Below, piece by piece: positions 1-9,244 of a DNA stretch of 64,000 nucleotides (position 1 is the first letter of the stretch; every line of letters begins with the position of its first letter). The notes under the pieces are model-generated. The model ran no database searches. It was not told where the DNA came from and saw only the letters and a program-made list of their open reading frames with translations. The translations under genes and the position numbers were made by a program. Source of the DNA: Geopsychrobacteraceae bacterium (lineage in GTDB: Bacteria; Desulfobacterota; Desulfuromonadia; Desulfuromonadales; Geopsychrobacteraceae); the NCBI GenBank assembly GCA_963676795.2, contig CAXXTB010000002.1, positions 155,647 to 219,646 of the forward strand, given 5' to 3'.

Positions 1-993
1 GGACCCGGCCGACCGGAACAGTCAGGGTTCCGGAAATTGCCGCCGGAGTCAGATTGGCCAGGGTCGCCTCTTTGTTGTTCGGCACCAGTTTGACCCAGTC
101 GTTCGCGCCGGCGATCAGGCTTTCGATTTCACTCAATGGAATGTCTTTCTTCAGTTTGACGGTCAGCGCCTGGCTGTGGCAGCGCATGGCGCCAACGCGG
201 ACGCAGGTGCCGTCAACCGGGATCGCCGAGTCTTCACCGAGGATCTTGTTGGTTTCGACCATCCCTTTCCATTCTTCACGGCTCTGGCCGTCTTCCACTT
301 CCTTATCGATCCAGGGCAGGACGCTGCCGGCCAGTGGGAAGCCGAAGGCCGCGGTGGTCAGCTCGGAACCACGCATGGTTTCGGTGACCTTGCGGTCGAT
401 GTCAAGAATCGCCGAACCGGGATCGGCCAGCTCATCGGCGACCGCGTCACGCAGTTCGCCCATCTGGGTGAGTAGCTCGCGCATGTTCGGAGCGCCGGCC
501 CCGGAAGCGGCCTGGTAGGTCATAGAGGTGACCCACTCGACCAGATCGGCCTTGAACAGACCGCCAATCGCCATCAGCATCAGGCTGACGGTACAGTTGC
601 CGCCGATAAAGTCCCTGCCGCCGTTATTCAGCGAATCGTCGATAACGTTGCGATTGATCGGGTCGAGGATGAGAACAGCATTGTCTTTCATGCGCAGTGT
701 TGATGCCGCATCGATCCAGTAGCCCTGCCAGCCGCCGGCACGCAGTTGCGGGTGAATCTCGGTGGTATAGTCGCCCCCCTGGCAGGTGATGATGACATCC
801 TGCTCGGCAAGTTTGGTAAGATCTTTGGCATCTTCGAGGGTGCCACCACCCTGACCGAACTCAGGTGCAGGTTGTCCTGCCTGTGAGGTTGAGAAGAAAG
901 TTGCGTCGACACCGACGAGATCCTGTTCTTCTACCATGCGTTGCATCAGCACGGAACCGACCATGCCGCGCCAACCGACTAAACCGACTTTCA
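1..993 (-). CDS. asd: aspartate-semialdehyde dehydrogenase, C-terminus cut by window edge
   Basis: Reverse translation from ATG (complement of 991-993) gives [26 protein letters not shown]... and later [28 protein letters not shown], collinear with E. coli-type Asd. It stays open to position 1, so it is absent from the complete-ORF track; the + strand ORFs here are antisense shadows. Confidence 0.9.
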
Positions 994-1148
994 TAGCGTG
1001 CTCCATCTTATCATCAGGAAAAGTGCGAAAAAATAATCAGCTAGATGCATATGAGCGCATCAAGTTTGGCGAAAAAGCATATCAGCAATCGTTATAAAGT
1101 GATATGTTTTTTTCAGTACTTTTAACCTCATCATTGGCGGTTTGACGA

Positions 1149-1979
1149 ATGTCCAAATACGAAGAAAATCTGTTGTTAGGCAAGACCACTGAATATAAGT
1201 CGGAATATGATCCGGGCCTGCTCTGCCCCTTTCCCCGCCAAGTGAAGCGGGACGTGATCGGGGTGACCGGCGAATTGCCTTTTTCCGGCTATGATATCTG
1301 GAATGCTTACGAGATCTCCTGGCTCAACAACAAGGGGAAACCTCTGGTGGCCATGGCTGAGTTCCATATTCCCTGTACCACCCCCAACCTGATCGAATCG
1401 AAATCGTTCAAGCTCTATCTTAATTCTTTCAATCAGACCCGCTGCGCCGACAGCCGGGAGGTTACCGAGATCATGAGCCGGGATTTAAGCCGGGTGGCCG
1501 GCGGCGAGGTGCTGGTCAGGCTGATTCCGAGTGAGGACTTTGCCGCGGAAACAATCTGTTCTCTGCCGGGTGACTGTATCGATGACCTTGACCTCGAGCT
1601 TGACAACTATGCCCTCGACCCCGGCTTGCTGGAAAATGCAGCTGATGCCGATCAGCAGGTGACGGAAGAGCTGCACAGCCATCTGCTCAAGAGCAACTGC
1701 CTGGTGACCAATCAGCCCGATTGGGGGAGTGTGCTGGTCCGTTATCAGGGAGGGCGGATAGGCCGCGAAGCACTGCTGCGCTACCTGATCTCCTTTCGTG
1801 AACACAATGAATTCCATGAACAGTGTGTCGAGCGGATTTTTGTCGATCTGATGCGTTTCTGTCAGCCGGAAAAGCTCACCGTCTATGCGCGCTACACGCG
1901 GCGCGGTGGCCTTGACATCAATCCGTTCAGGTCGAACTTTGAGACCCGGATCGAGAATCTGCGCCTCGCCCGGCAGTAG
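1149..1979 (+). CDS. queF: NADPH-dependent 7-cyano-7-deazaguanine (preQ0) reductase, two-domain type
   Basis: 276 aa with [36 protein letters not shown] and [10 protein letters not shown] motifs, typical of the long (YqcD-like) QueF. Confidence 0.88.
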   Translation: MSKYEENLLLGKTTEYKSEYDPGLLCPFPRQVKRDVIGVTGELPFSGYDIWNAYEISWLNNKGKPLVAMAEFHIPCTTPNLIESKSFKLYLNSFNQTRCADSREVTEIMSRDLSRVAGGEVLVRLIPSEDFAAETICSLPGDCIDDLDLELDNYALDPGLLENAADADQQVTEELHSHLLKSNCLVTNQPDWGSVLVRYQGGRIGREALLRYLISFREHNEFHEQCVERIFVDLMRFCQPEKLTVYARYTRRGGLDINPFRSNFETRIENLRLARQ

Positions 1980-2173
1980 GTTTTTTGCACAGCTGTGCGC
2001 CTTTTCTGCAACAGAAAATATTAATGTGTCTGATTCATTAAGTAGAGATTTTTCTTGTTTGGGGAAAAACAGATGGTTAGCTTTTCCTGATTGGATGGCA
2101 TGGGATTTGTATTGAGATTGAAGTGTTAAAACCAAAATGCAAATTCTGTAGCACCATGGAAAAGGCTGACAAA

Positions 2174-2776
2174 ATGAAAAGATCGATTATCCCTCTGTTG
2201 CTGGTGGGGCTCTACCTGTTGCTGGCCACACCGGCATGGAGCGAACTCTACTACGCTGGCAGCCTGGGCAGTTCTTCCGTTGAAGATGCCTTCAGCGATG
2301 ACGGCATCGATTCGGGGGTCTTCAGTTTCGAGGATGGCTATGCGGTGACCGGAGCGGTGGGGTATACCCTGGGGCAGGCCAGGTCGCGCATCGAACTCGA
2401 AGCCGGTTATCGTTCCAACGATCTCAATTCAATGACAATCTACGGTGATGGCCGTTACCTGGTCGATGGCCGGGTTGAAGCGCTGTCTCTGATGGGCAAC
2501 GGATTTGTTGACCTGGCCCCGGGCCGGACCTTCTCCCCTTATATCGGCGTCGGCGTCGGGGTGGCCAACCTGGAAGCGGACATCGATGGGCTGGGGAGTG
2601 CAGATGATACGGTTTTTGCCTGGCAGCTGGCGATCGGTTGGGATTTTTCAGTAAATGAATCACTCGATTTCAACGTCGAGTATCGCTATTTCGCGACTGA
2701 AGATCCGGATTTCAACGGGCTTAAAATGGATTACGAGACACATAACCTGTTTGTCGGCTTGCGCCTGTCCTTCTGA
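2174..2776 (+). CDS. outer-membrane beta-barrel protein (OmpW/porin-like fold family)
   Basis: Internal ATG gives MKRSIIPLLLVGLYLLLATPAWS, a signal peptide. The body has an alternating Gly/aromatic beta-strand pattern and a C-terminal ...GLRLSF with terminal Phe, typical of OMPs. Confidence 0.7.
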   Translation: MKRSIIPLLLVGLYLLLATPAWSELYYAGSLGSSSVEDAFSDDGIDSGVFSFEDGYAVTGAVGYTLGQARSRIELEAGYRSNDLNSMTIYGDGRYLVDGRVEALSLMGNGFVDLAPGRTFSPYIGVGVGVANLEADIDGLGSADDTVFAWQLAIGWDFSVNESLDFNVEYRYFATEDPDFNGLKMDYETHNLFVGLRLSF

Positions 2777-2855
2777 TCCGCGTATTCTCATACTGAAAAA
2801 AATACTTTATGGCACCAGATTGCTGACGAAGTCAGCTTCTGCATCAATCATCATG

Positions 2856-2895
2856 CGGTTCTGCCCGTTGATGAGCGCAGCTCATCTTGGGGCGC
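2856..2895. repeat. left arm of about 40-nt inverted repeat (partner 5188-5228), itself containing hairpin GATGAGC-gca-GCTCATC
   Basis: CGGTTCTGCCCGTTGATGAGCGCAGCTCATCTTGGGGCGC aligns to the reverse complement of 5188-5228 at about 34 of 41 positions, including an 11-mer and a 7+9-mer block. Confidence 0.7.
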
Positions 2896-3335
2896 GGGCC
2901 GTTTCGCTGGTTTGGGCCGTAAGGAGAAGTCACAAGCGGTTTAGGTCGTTATGAAAAGTTTCCTTGATAGCGTCGGCACAAGCCGGCATGGATTAGGAGG
3001 TGAAAGTCCTCTACGTGGTAAAGGCTAGCGACCAGCCATGACCCCGAGTCATGCGTCGGCAGCCCGTAAGGGTTGCGGCGAAGCGTTGACAGGGGGCGTG
3101 CAGGCCAGGCTATTGAGCTCCGAAATCATCCAATCCGGGTTGCCGACCTTGTAAGGAAATGGGGAAGGCCGCACGGTACGTCGCGACATCGCAAGTGACG
3201 ATACCGGACCCGCGGAGTCAGAGACCCAGGGCATGTACGCAAGATCCATGCGCGGAAGCCGGGAGATCCGGGAATCAACCGACCACGATCCGATGGTCGG
3301 TTCGGTCGGGAAAGGCACAAGGCCGAACGCCCGAC

Positions 3336-4823
3336 ATGCACGAGCCCCGGAAGTCGGACGAAGGAATAGTATCGATGAAGCGGACGAACAAAGGAAGACA
3401 ACCAGAAGCATCAGGTGAACGATCGGCGGAGTTCGTGGAGAAAAGTCCTTCGGCCAAGGGAAATCCCGTTCAGACGACCGTGACCGAAACATAGGGTTCG
3501 GAAGCAGCGACGAGTGGACTGGACCGGATACGAGAAGCAGCGAAGCGGGACAAGACCCGGCGATTCACCAATCTGCTGCACCATATTACTGAAGATCTGC
3601 TCGACGCTGCCTACCACAAGCTCAACCCCAAGGCCGCTGAGGGCATAGACGAAGTGACATGGCAGGAGTACGGCGAAGGGCTGCAAGAGCGCCTGACCGT
3701 ACTTCGTGATCAAATCCATAGGGGAAGCTATCGCACCAAGCCGAGTAGACGGATTTGGATACCGAAACGGGACGGGAAGAATCGTCCCATCGGGATAGCC
3801 GCCCTGGAAGACAAGATCGTCCAGCAAGCACTGGCAGAAATCCTCCAACCGATCTACGAAGAGGATTTTCTCGGTTTCAGTTACGGGGCACGCCCCGGAC
3901 GAAGTCAACACAACGCCCTGGATGCCATCTATGTTGCGATCATGCGGCGCAAGGTGAACTGGGTTCTGGATGCGGATCTTCAAGGGTTCTACGACAGTCT
4001 CAATCACGACTGGTTGATGAAGTTTGTGGAGCATCGCATCGCCGACAAAAGAGTTCTCCGGCTAATCCGCAAATTTCTGCGAGCCGGAGTCTCCGAAGAC
4101 GGCAAGTGGTCCAAAACAGAGGTGGGGACACCTCAGGGAGCAGTCATCTCGCCACTGTTGGCGAATATATATCTGCACTATGTTCTGGACCTGTGGGTGA
4201 ATCAATGGCGGAAACGCCAGGCACACGGCGAAGTCTACATCGTACGATACTGCGACGACTTCGTTATGGGATTCCAATACCTATCCCACGCACGGATGTT
4301 TCAGATCGAACTCAGACAGCGATTGGCTGAGTTTGGGTTGACGTTACATCCGGAGAAAACCCGACTCATCGAATTTGGTCGTTTTGCCGCCAAAAGCCGC
4401 AAGGATCGAGGCAAGGGCAAACCAGAAACCTTCGATTTTCTCGGATTTACTCACATGTGTGGGAGGAGACGAAAAGACGGAAAGTTCATAGTGCAACGCA
4501 AAACCATCAGGACGCGGCTACGCGATAAGATCAAAGACGTTCGTACCGTCCTGAAGCGCAAGCGACATCGTCCGATGGCAGAACAGGGCAGCTGGTTGCG
4601 CTGGGTCATCCAGGGCCACTTCAATTACTACGGAGTTCCTGGCAACCACAGAGTACTGAATACGTTTCGTCAACAGATCATACGTGCCTGGTTGCAGGCA
4701 CTACGCAGCCGCAGCCAGAGAGGACGCAGTTTAACGTGGCGGCGTATGCGGGTCTGGATAGATCGATGGATACCCCGGACAAGAGTGTGTCACCCATACC
4801 CGAATCAACGCCTCTGCGTCTGA
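3336..4823 (+). pseudogene. group II intron reverse transcriptase/maturase, reading frame interrupted by in-frame TAG at 3492-3494
   Basis: Track ORFs 3159..3494 and 3654..4823 share one frame and are separated only by the TAG. Joined they read MHEPRKSDEGIVSMKRTNKG...TVTET*GSEAATSGLDRIREAAKRDKTRRFTNLLHHI...GIDEVTWQEY, a typical group II RT N-terminus. RT motifs present: RRIWIPKRDGKNRPIGI, TPQGAVISPLLANIYL, YCDD at 4248-4259. The maturase X tail is HFNYYGV...HPYPNQRL. Confidence 0.7.
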
Positions 4824-4833
4824 CCTGAGGCAG

Positions 4834-4906
4834 GAGCCCGGTGCGGTAATTCCGCACGCCGGGATCTGCGCGGGGGGCGCCGGGTAACCGGCGTTCCTAC
4901 CGTAAC
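4834..4906 (+). ncRNA. group II intron domains V and VI (catalytic helix and branch-site helix)
   Basis: 34-nt two-part helix starting with the AGC triad, immediately after the RT stop. It is followed by a GNRA-capped helix with a bulged A near the 3' end. Confidence 0.65.
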
Positions 4907-5187
4907 TGCTGACTTTCCTTTGCGACCAAAGGAAAGTCAGTCGTCTGGCGGGACGAGACCCGCCGGTTCGGTTTATTGGAACGAAAGGGATGAGTCTTAT
5001 CTTTTGACCAGGCTCGAAGCCTTGTAGGCAAAACAGGTTTCTCACCCCTTTTACCGGGCGTCCCCGGAACTGATACTAGCTATAAGAAACAACGGCGATC
5101 AACATATAAGGAGGCAAAAACTCCCTTTAATAACTGACGAAGATTGACCCGTACTCTCTTCGTAGTTTCCAGCATGGAGCTGACAAT

Positions 5188-5228
5188 GCGCCCGACGATG
5201 AGCTGTGCTCATCTGATGGGCAGAACCG
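5188..5228. repeat. right arm of inverted repeat (partner 2856-2895)
   Basis: The reverse complement reads CGGTTCTGCCCATCAGATGAGCACAGCTCATCGTCGGGCGC. Confidence 0.7.
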
Positions 5229-5230
5229 GA

Positions 5231-5253
5231 AAAACTCAGCCATGCTGAGTTTT
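5231..5253. terminator. bidirectional rho-independent terminator-like hairpin
   Basis: AAAACTCAGC-cat-GCTGAGTTTT: perfect 10-bp stem, 3-nt loop, A-tract on one side and T-tract on the other. Confidence 0.5.
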
Positions 5254-5319
5254 AATAAAAACCGGTTGAAACAAACTCCGATTTTGTCGGCAGTTGTACA
5301 AACAAAGGGCAATATTTCA

Positions 5320-5697
5320 ATGAAACAACAGAAGGTTATCCATATCCCCAGCCGGGAGGTTCCGCGGCTACTTCAACAGGGGGCGACGCTGGTCGATGTC
5401 CGGCGGCCTGAAGAGTGGAAGTTGACCGGCGTCGTTGAGGACAGTATCCTGCTGACGTTTTTTGACAGCGCCGGGGGTAGCCAGCCCGAGGAGTGGCTGC
5501 GCCAGATCGATGCCAGGATTTCCGTATCCGAGCCGCTGGTTCTGCTCTGTCGCACGGGACACCGGACGGGGCTGATCAGCGATTTCCTCGCCCAAACGAC
5601 ACAACGTGACATTATATACAATGTCAGTGATGGCATTCTGGGCTGGCTTGCAACCGGCCTGCCAATCAAAAAATATCCTCTCACTGAGAATGGCTAA
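5320..5697 (+). CDS. rhodanese-domain sulfurtransferase
   Basis: MKQQKVIHIPSREVP...LVDVRRPEEW...; active-site loop CRTGHRT (CxxxxR[ST]). About 125 aa, single rhodanese domain. Start taken at the internal ATG downstream of the terminator. Confidence 0.85.
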   Translation: MKQQKVIHIPSREVPRLLQQGATLVDVRRPEEWKLTGVVEDSILLTFFDSAGGSQPEEWLRQIDARISVSEPLVLLCRTGHRTGLISDFLAQTTQRDIIYNVSDGILGWLATGLPIKKYPLTENG

Positions 5698-5843
5698 CCT
5701 ATTCAGCTTATTACTTTGCTTGTCTAAGTTGTTGAAAAACAGTCGAAAAAAAACATTTCCATCAGTTGACTTTTCTGTTCCGCGCGATATTCCTTTAAAT
5801 TGTCACTTCAGAATAAAGGTCCCAAAAAGACAAGGAGGTCGTT

Positions 5844-6071
5844 ATGGAATACCACCGTGGTGACCGTGTCAGGATCCTGGGGAGGCCGGAGTGGGGTCCC
5901 GGCTATATTCAGGCTGACTGCAGGAATGGAAAAGTGAATGTCCGCTTCGCCAACGCCGGACGCAAGGTTCTGGATATACATCACGCCAAGCTGATGAAGG
6001 TAGCTCTGCGTGATCCTGTCTGGCTGGAGCAGAGAGAAAGTTGCTGGCGGGGGCGACAACTGCTCAGTTGA
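5844..6071 (+). CDS. small DUF3553-like protein
   Basis: RBS AAGGAGG 6 nt upstream. YHRGDRVRILGRPEWGPGYIQADCRNGKVNVRFANAGRKVLDIHHAKL matches my recollection of the DUF3553 pattern (GxxVxHxxxPxWGxGxV...V.F...G.K.L). Confidence 0.55.
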   Translation: MEYHRGDRVRILGRPEWGPGYIQADCRNGKVNVRFANAGRKVLDIHHAKLMKVALRDPVWLEQRESCWRGRQLLS

Positions 6072-6197
6072 CACTTTCCTGGAGATCTCCGGGTTTTATT
6101 GGCGTCCGAAAGGGCGTATAATCAGAAAACCGAACAAAATTAACGGGCATGCCTGGCGATCAGGCGTGCTGTCTTTTTCTGAGCTCCGGAGAATACA

Positions 6198-6686
6198 ATG
6201 AAAAAAGCGCTAATTTGGTCAATAGTCCTGTCTTTCGCTGTTCTGACGCTTGGCTGTCAGGCAACCGGAACCTATTATCTGGGGGCCGGTGTTGAGCGCA
6301 AAGCGAGATTGCCGGTTGCTGATGCTGCTCAGTCGGCCATGCGCTGGCAGGATGACTACGTCATCGTCGATTTCGATCTGAGCAGAGAGCCGACAGCACT
6401 GACGCTTGCCGGAACAGTGGGTTTTACTGATTTTTCGAGGATTATGTATGTCTGGGCGCATGGTTTGAAGATGCAGATGTTCTTCCTCGATGCCGATGGC
6501 AGGGTCGTCACTTATGCGGAAATTCTGCCGCAGCGGGGGCGCGATGTCAGCAGAGCTTACAAGTTCAGCCTGACCCTTCCACAGAACGTCACCTTTTCAT
6601 CGGTCTTTTTCGGTTACGAGACGACATTTGTCGATGATGAAGGGTCGGGAAGTCTGGTCAAAAACTGGCCCGCTGTCGGTCAGTAG
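6198..6686 (+). CDS. lipoprotein of unknown function
   Basis: MKKALIWSIVLSFAVLTLGC: signal peptide with lipobox L-T-L-G-C. A strong terminator follows. Confidence 0.65.
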   Translation: MKKALIWSIVLSFAVLTLGCQATGTYYLGAGVERKARLPVADAAQSAMRWQDDYVIVDFDLSREPTALTLAGTVGFTDFSRIMYVWAHGLKMQMFFLDADGRVVTYAEILPQRGRDVSRAYKFSLTLPQNVTFSSVFFGYETTFVDDEGSGSLVKNWPAVGQ

Positions 6687-6708
6687 TGAGCGAGAAGCAC
6701 AGTAAAAA

Positions 6709-6736
6709 AGGCGGCCCCGTTGGGACCGCCTTTTTT
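6709..6736 (+). terminator. rho-independent terminator
   Basis: GGCGGCCCC-gtt-GGGACCGCC (one mismatch) followed by TTTTTT. Confidence 0.7.
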
Positions 6737-6867
6737 GCGTCCAGCCGAGTCCGCCGCGGGTTCGGCTGCATTGCGTCGTGCTTTGAAAAATACTATTCAC
6801 ATGCTAGTATCCCAGTCTTTTCTGCGTCCTGAAAAGGAAGCGCAGATCTTCAACAGGGAGAACCTCT

Positions 6868-9165
6868 ATGGCTATTTTTGATGTTGCCCGGCAGCTCGTA
6901 GAAGAAACCGGTCTGAAAGCGTTTCAGATTTCCCAGACCGTTGCGTTGCTGGAAGAAGGAGCGACGGTTCCTTTTATCGCCCGTTATCGTAAAGAAGCGA
7001 CGGGTGAACTTGATGAAGTTCAGGTCAGGCAGCTTGAAGAACGCCTGAATTACTATAAAGAGTTGCAGGACCGTCAGCAGGCGATTCTCAAATCGATCGA
7101 CGAGCAGGGCAAGCTGACCGCTGACCTGCGGGCCAAAATTGAAGCCTGTCGGCAGAAGAACGAGCTTGAAGATCTCTATCTGCCCTATAAGCCGAAACGC
7201 CGGACCAAAGCGACAATGGCCCGTGAGCAGGGACTGGAGCCTCTGGCCACTGCGATTCTCGAGGCGCGTGGCTCTGTGGTGGCGCTTGAGATCCTGGCTG
7301 AGGCCTATATCGATATCGAGAAGGGGGTTGAAGATAGCGCGGCGGCCCTGAGCGGAGCCGGCTTTATTCTCGCTGAAACTTTTGCCGAGAATGCCGCCTG
7401 CCGGACCATCGTCCGCGACCAGACCTGGGAGCATGGCCTGTTCCGTTCTCAGCCTGCGCGTGGCAAGGAAGGAACAGTCAGCAAGTACGAGATGTACTAC
7501 GATTTCAGCGAGGCGCTCAAAGAGATCCCTTCTCACCGGATGCTGGCCATGCGTCGCGGTGAAAAGGAGGAGATCCTGCGGCTTGTTGTTGATGCCCCCG
7601 AAGAAGAGATCCTGCGCCGTCTGCAGCACTTGCTGGTTCCCGCCCAGCATCCTTACGCGAATTGGCTGGCCAGCGTTATCGCCGATGCCTATGCCCGGCT
7701 GCTGTTCCCTTCGATCGAGGTTGAGCTGCGCCTGAAGGCCAAGACCGCCGCCGATGAAGAGGCGATCCGGGTGTTCGCCGAAAATCTGCGTAACCTGCTG
7801 CTTGCCGCACCGGCCGGCAGCCGCCGGGTGCTGGGCATCGATCCGGGCTTGCGCACCGGCTCCAAGCTGGCCGCCGTCGACCAGACCGGCAAGTTTCTCG
7901 AGCATGTCACCATCTATCCGCATACCGGCAGCAACAAGATCGAACCGGCCCAGAAAGAGCTGTTGCGTCTGGTCGTAAGCCATCAGATCGAGATGGTTGC
8001 CATCGGCAACGGTACCGCTGGGCGCGAGATGGACCAGTTTGTTCGCCAGTGTTTCAGGGATGCCGACATCAAGCTGCCGGTTGTCATGGTCAGTGAAGCC
8101 GGTGCCAGTGTCTATTCTGCTTCGGATATTGCCCGCGAGGAATTTCCTGATCTCGATCTGACCGTGCGTGGCGCCATTTCTATTGCTCGGCGCCTGCAGG
8201 ATCCGCTGGCCGAGCTGGTCAAGGTCGATCCGAAGAGTATTGGCGTCGGCCAGTATCAACATGATGTCAACCAGACCCTGCTCAAAAAAGCGCTTGATGA
8301 TGTCGTCGAATCCTGCGTCAACTATGTCGGTGTCGATCTGAACACGGCCAGCTGGGCACTTTTGAGTTTTGTCTCCGGGATCAGCGAATCTCTGGCCAAG
8401 GCGATTGTCCGTCAGCGCGATGCCAAAGGGCTGTTTACCCGGCGTGAACAGCTGCTCGATGTCGCCCGTTTCGGACCCAAGGCGTTTGAGCAATCTGCCG
8501 GTTTTCTGCGCATCCGCCAGGGGGAGCAGCCGCTCGATAATACGGCCGTTCACCCGGAACGTTACGCCCTGGTCAAGACCATGGCTGGCGATAGCGGTGT
8601 CACTCTTGAGACATTGATTGCCGAACCGGCCCTGCTCGACAGGATCGATCTCAAGAAATATCTATCCGGCGATGTCGGTCTGCCGACCTTGAAGGATATC
8701 ATCGCCGAATTGAAGAAGCCGGGGCGCGACCCGCGCCAGAGCTTCGTCACTACCAGCTTCCGTGAAGATGTCATGGAGATCAGGGATCTGAAAGCGGGGA
8801 TGAGTCTCAACGGCGTGGTCACCAATGTCGCTGCCTTCGGAGCCTTTGTCGATATCGGCGTGCATCAGGACGGACTGGTTCATGTCAGCCAGCTTGCCGA
8901 TCGTTTTATCAGGGATCCAAATGAGGTGGTCAAGGTTGGTCAGCAGGTTCAGGTGCGGGTGCTCGAGGTTGACGAACAGCGCAAGCGGATTTCTTTGACC
9001 ATGCGTAGTGATTCTACTGAGTCTGCTGGAAATTTCAAAAAAGGCTCAGATGTGAAAAATATGAACAAGGGAAATAAGTCGAACAAGAAGGTTGATGAAA
9101 AAAAGAATGGGATCTCTGATTTGGCCCTTGCTCTACAAAAATCCGGTTTCAAGGTGAAGTCCTGA
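6868..9165 (+). CDS. tex: Tex-like transcription accessory protein (YqgF/HhH/S1 domains) with Lys-rich C-terminal tail
   Basis: 765 aa. N-terminus ...ISQTVALLEEGATVPFIARYRKEATGELDEVQ is the Tex signature. YqgF-like VLGIDPGLRTGSKLA. C-terminal S1 domain GMSLNGVVTNVAAFGAFVDIGVHQDGLVHVSQ. Confidence 0.92.
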   Translation: MAIFDVARQLVEETGLKAFQISQTVALLEEGATVPFIARYRKEATGELDEVQVRQLEERLNYYKELQDRQQAILKSIDEQGKLTADLRAKIEACRQKNELEDLYLPYKPKRRTKATMAREQGLEPLATAILEARGSVVALEILAEAYIDIEKGVEDSAAALSGAGFILAETFAENAACRTIVRDQTWEHGLFRSQPARGKEGTVSKYEMYYDFSEALKEIPSHRMLAMRRGEKEEILRLVVDAPEEEILRRLQHLLVPAQHPYANWLASVIADAYARLLFPSIEVELRLKAKTAADEEAIRVFAENLRNLLLAAPAGSRRVLGIDPGLRTGSKLAAVDQTGKFLEHVTIYPHTGSNKIEPAQKELLRLVVSHQIEMVAIGNGTAGREMDQFVRQCFRDADIKLPVVMVSEAGASVYSASDIAREEFPDLDLTVRGAISIARRLQDPLAELVKVDPKSIGVGQYQHDVNQTLLKKALDDVVESCVNYVGVDLNTASWALLSFVSGISESLAKAIVRQRDAKGLFTRREQLLDVARFGPKAFEQSAGFLRIRQGEQPLDNTAVHPERYALVKTMAGDSGVTLETLIAEPALLDRIDLKKYLSGDVGLPTLKDIIAELKKPGRDPRQSFVTTSFREDVMEIRDLKAGMSLNGVVTNVAAFGAFVDIGVHQDGLVHVSQLADRFIRDPNEVVKVGQQVQVRVLEVDEQRKRISLTMRSDSTESAGNFKKGSDVKNMNKGNKSNKKVDEKKNGISDLALALQKSGFKVKS

Positions 9166-9215
9166 TCCTTCCCTGGCAGGGGGGATGTTGTCGTGCGAAG
9201 TAATTTGCCCTTTTG

Positions 9216-9244
9216 CCTGCTGATTCCTGTTTCGTGATCAGCAG
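9216..9244 (+). terminator. hairpin downstream of tex
   Basis: CCTGCTGAT-11 nt-ATCAGCAGG, 9-bp perfect stem followed by a C/T-rich run with a weak U-tract. Confidence 0.4.

Larger units (their letters stand above)
2853..4906 (+). mobile_element. group II intron (RT/maturase-encoding, no endonuclease domain); 5' boundary uncertain
   Basis: Intron-encoded RT ORF. Domain V-like helix GAGCCCGGUGCGG-UAAU-UCCGCACGCCGGGAUC at 4834-4866. Domain VI-like stem GGGGCGCCGG/CCGGCGUUCC with a GUAA loop and an unpaired A at 4899, 7 nt before a ...AAC end at 4906. GGAGGUGAAAGUCCUC box in domain I (about 2997-3012). No GUGYG is present; the best 5' end is AUGCG at 2853. Confidence 0.75.

Noticed and set aside
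994-1148. A preQ1 riboswitch was expected in front of queF.
   Set aside because: No preQ1-I/II-like hairpin with an A-rich tail is present. The region looks like a plain divergent promoter spacer.
1987-1998. Perfect 12-nt palindrome GCACAGCTGTGC just after queF, considered as a terminator or operator.
   Set aside because: It has no loop, so only about 4 bp could form as a hairpin, and only a short T run follows. This is insufficient evidence for either role.
3492-3494. The in-frame TAG in the intron RT could encode pyrrolysine.
   Set aside because: No pyl genes or other TAG-containing ORFs are visible in the window. A CAG-to-TAG nonsense mutation in a mobile-element gene is far more parsimonious. 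This cannot be fully excluded without the whole genome.
3159-3494. 111-aa track ORF upstream of the RT looked like a separate gene.
   Set aside because: Its 3' third is the RT N-terminus, in the same frame as 3654..4823. Its 5' two-thirds lie over intron domain I-III RNA and have no RBS.
6850-8553. Very long antisense ORFs: 567 aa opposite tex. Others are 28992..30323, 31329..32642, 34029..35522, 51346..52506, 58257..59420 and 62591..63853.
   Set aside because: These are shadow ORFs typical of GC-rich coding DNA. They have low-complexity Arg/Gly/Asp-rich translations and no RBS, and the opposite strand encodes unmistakable conserved proteins.
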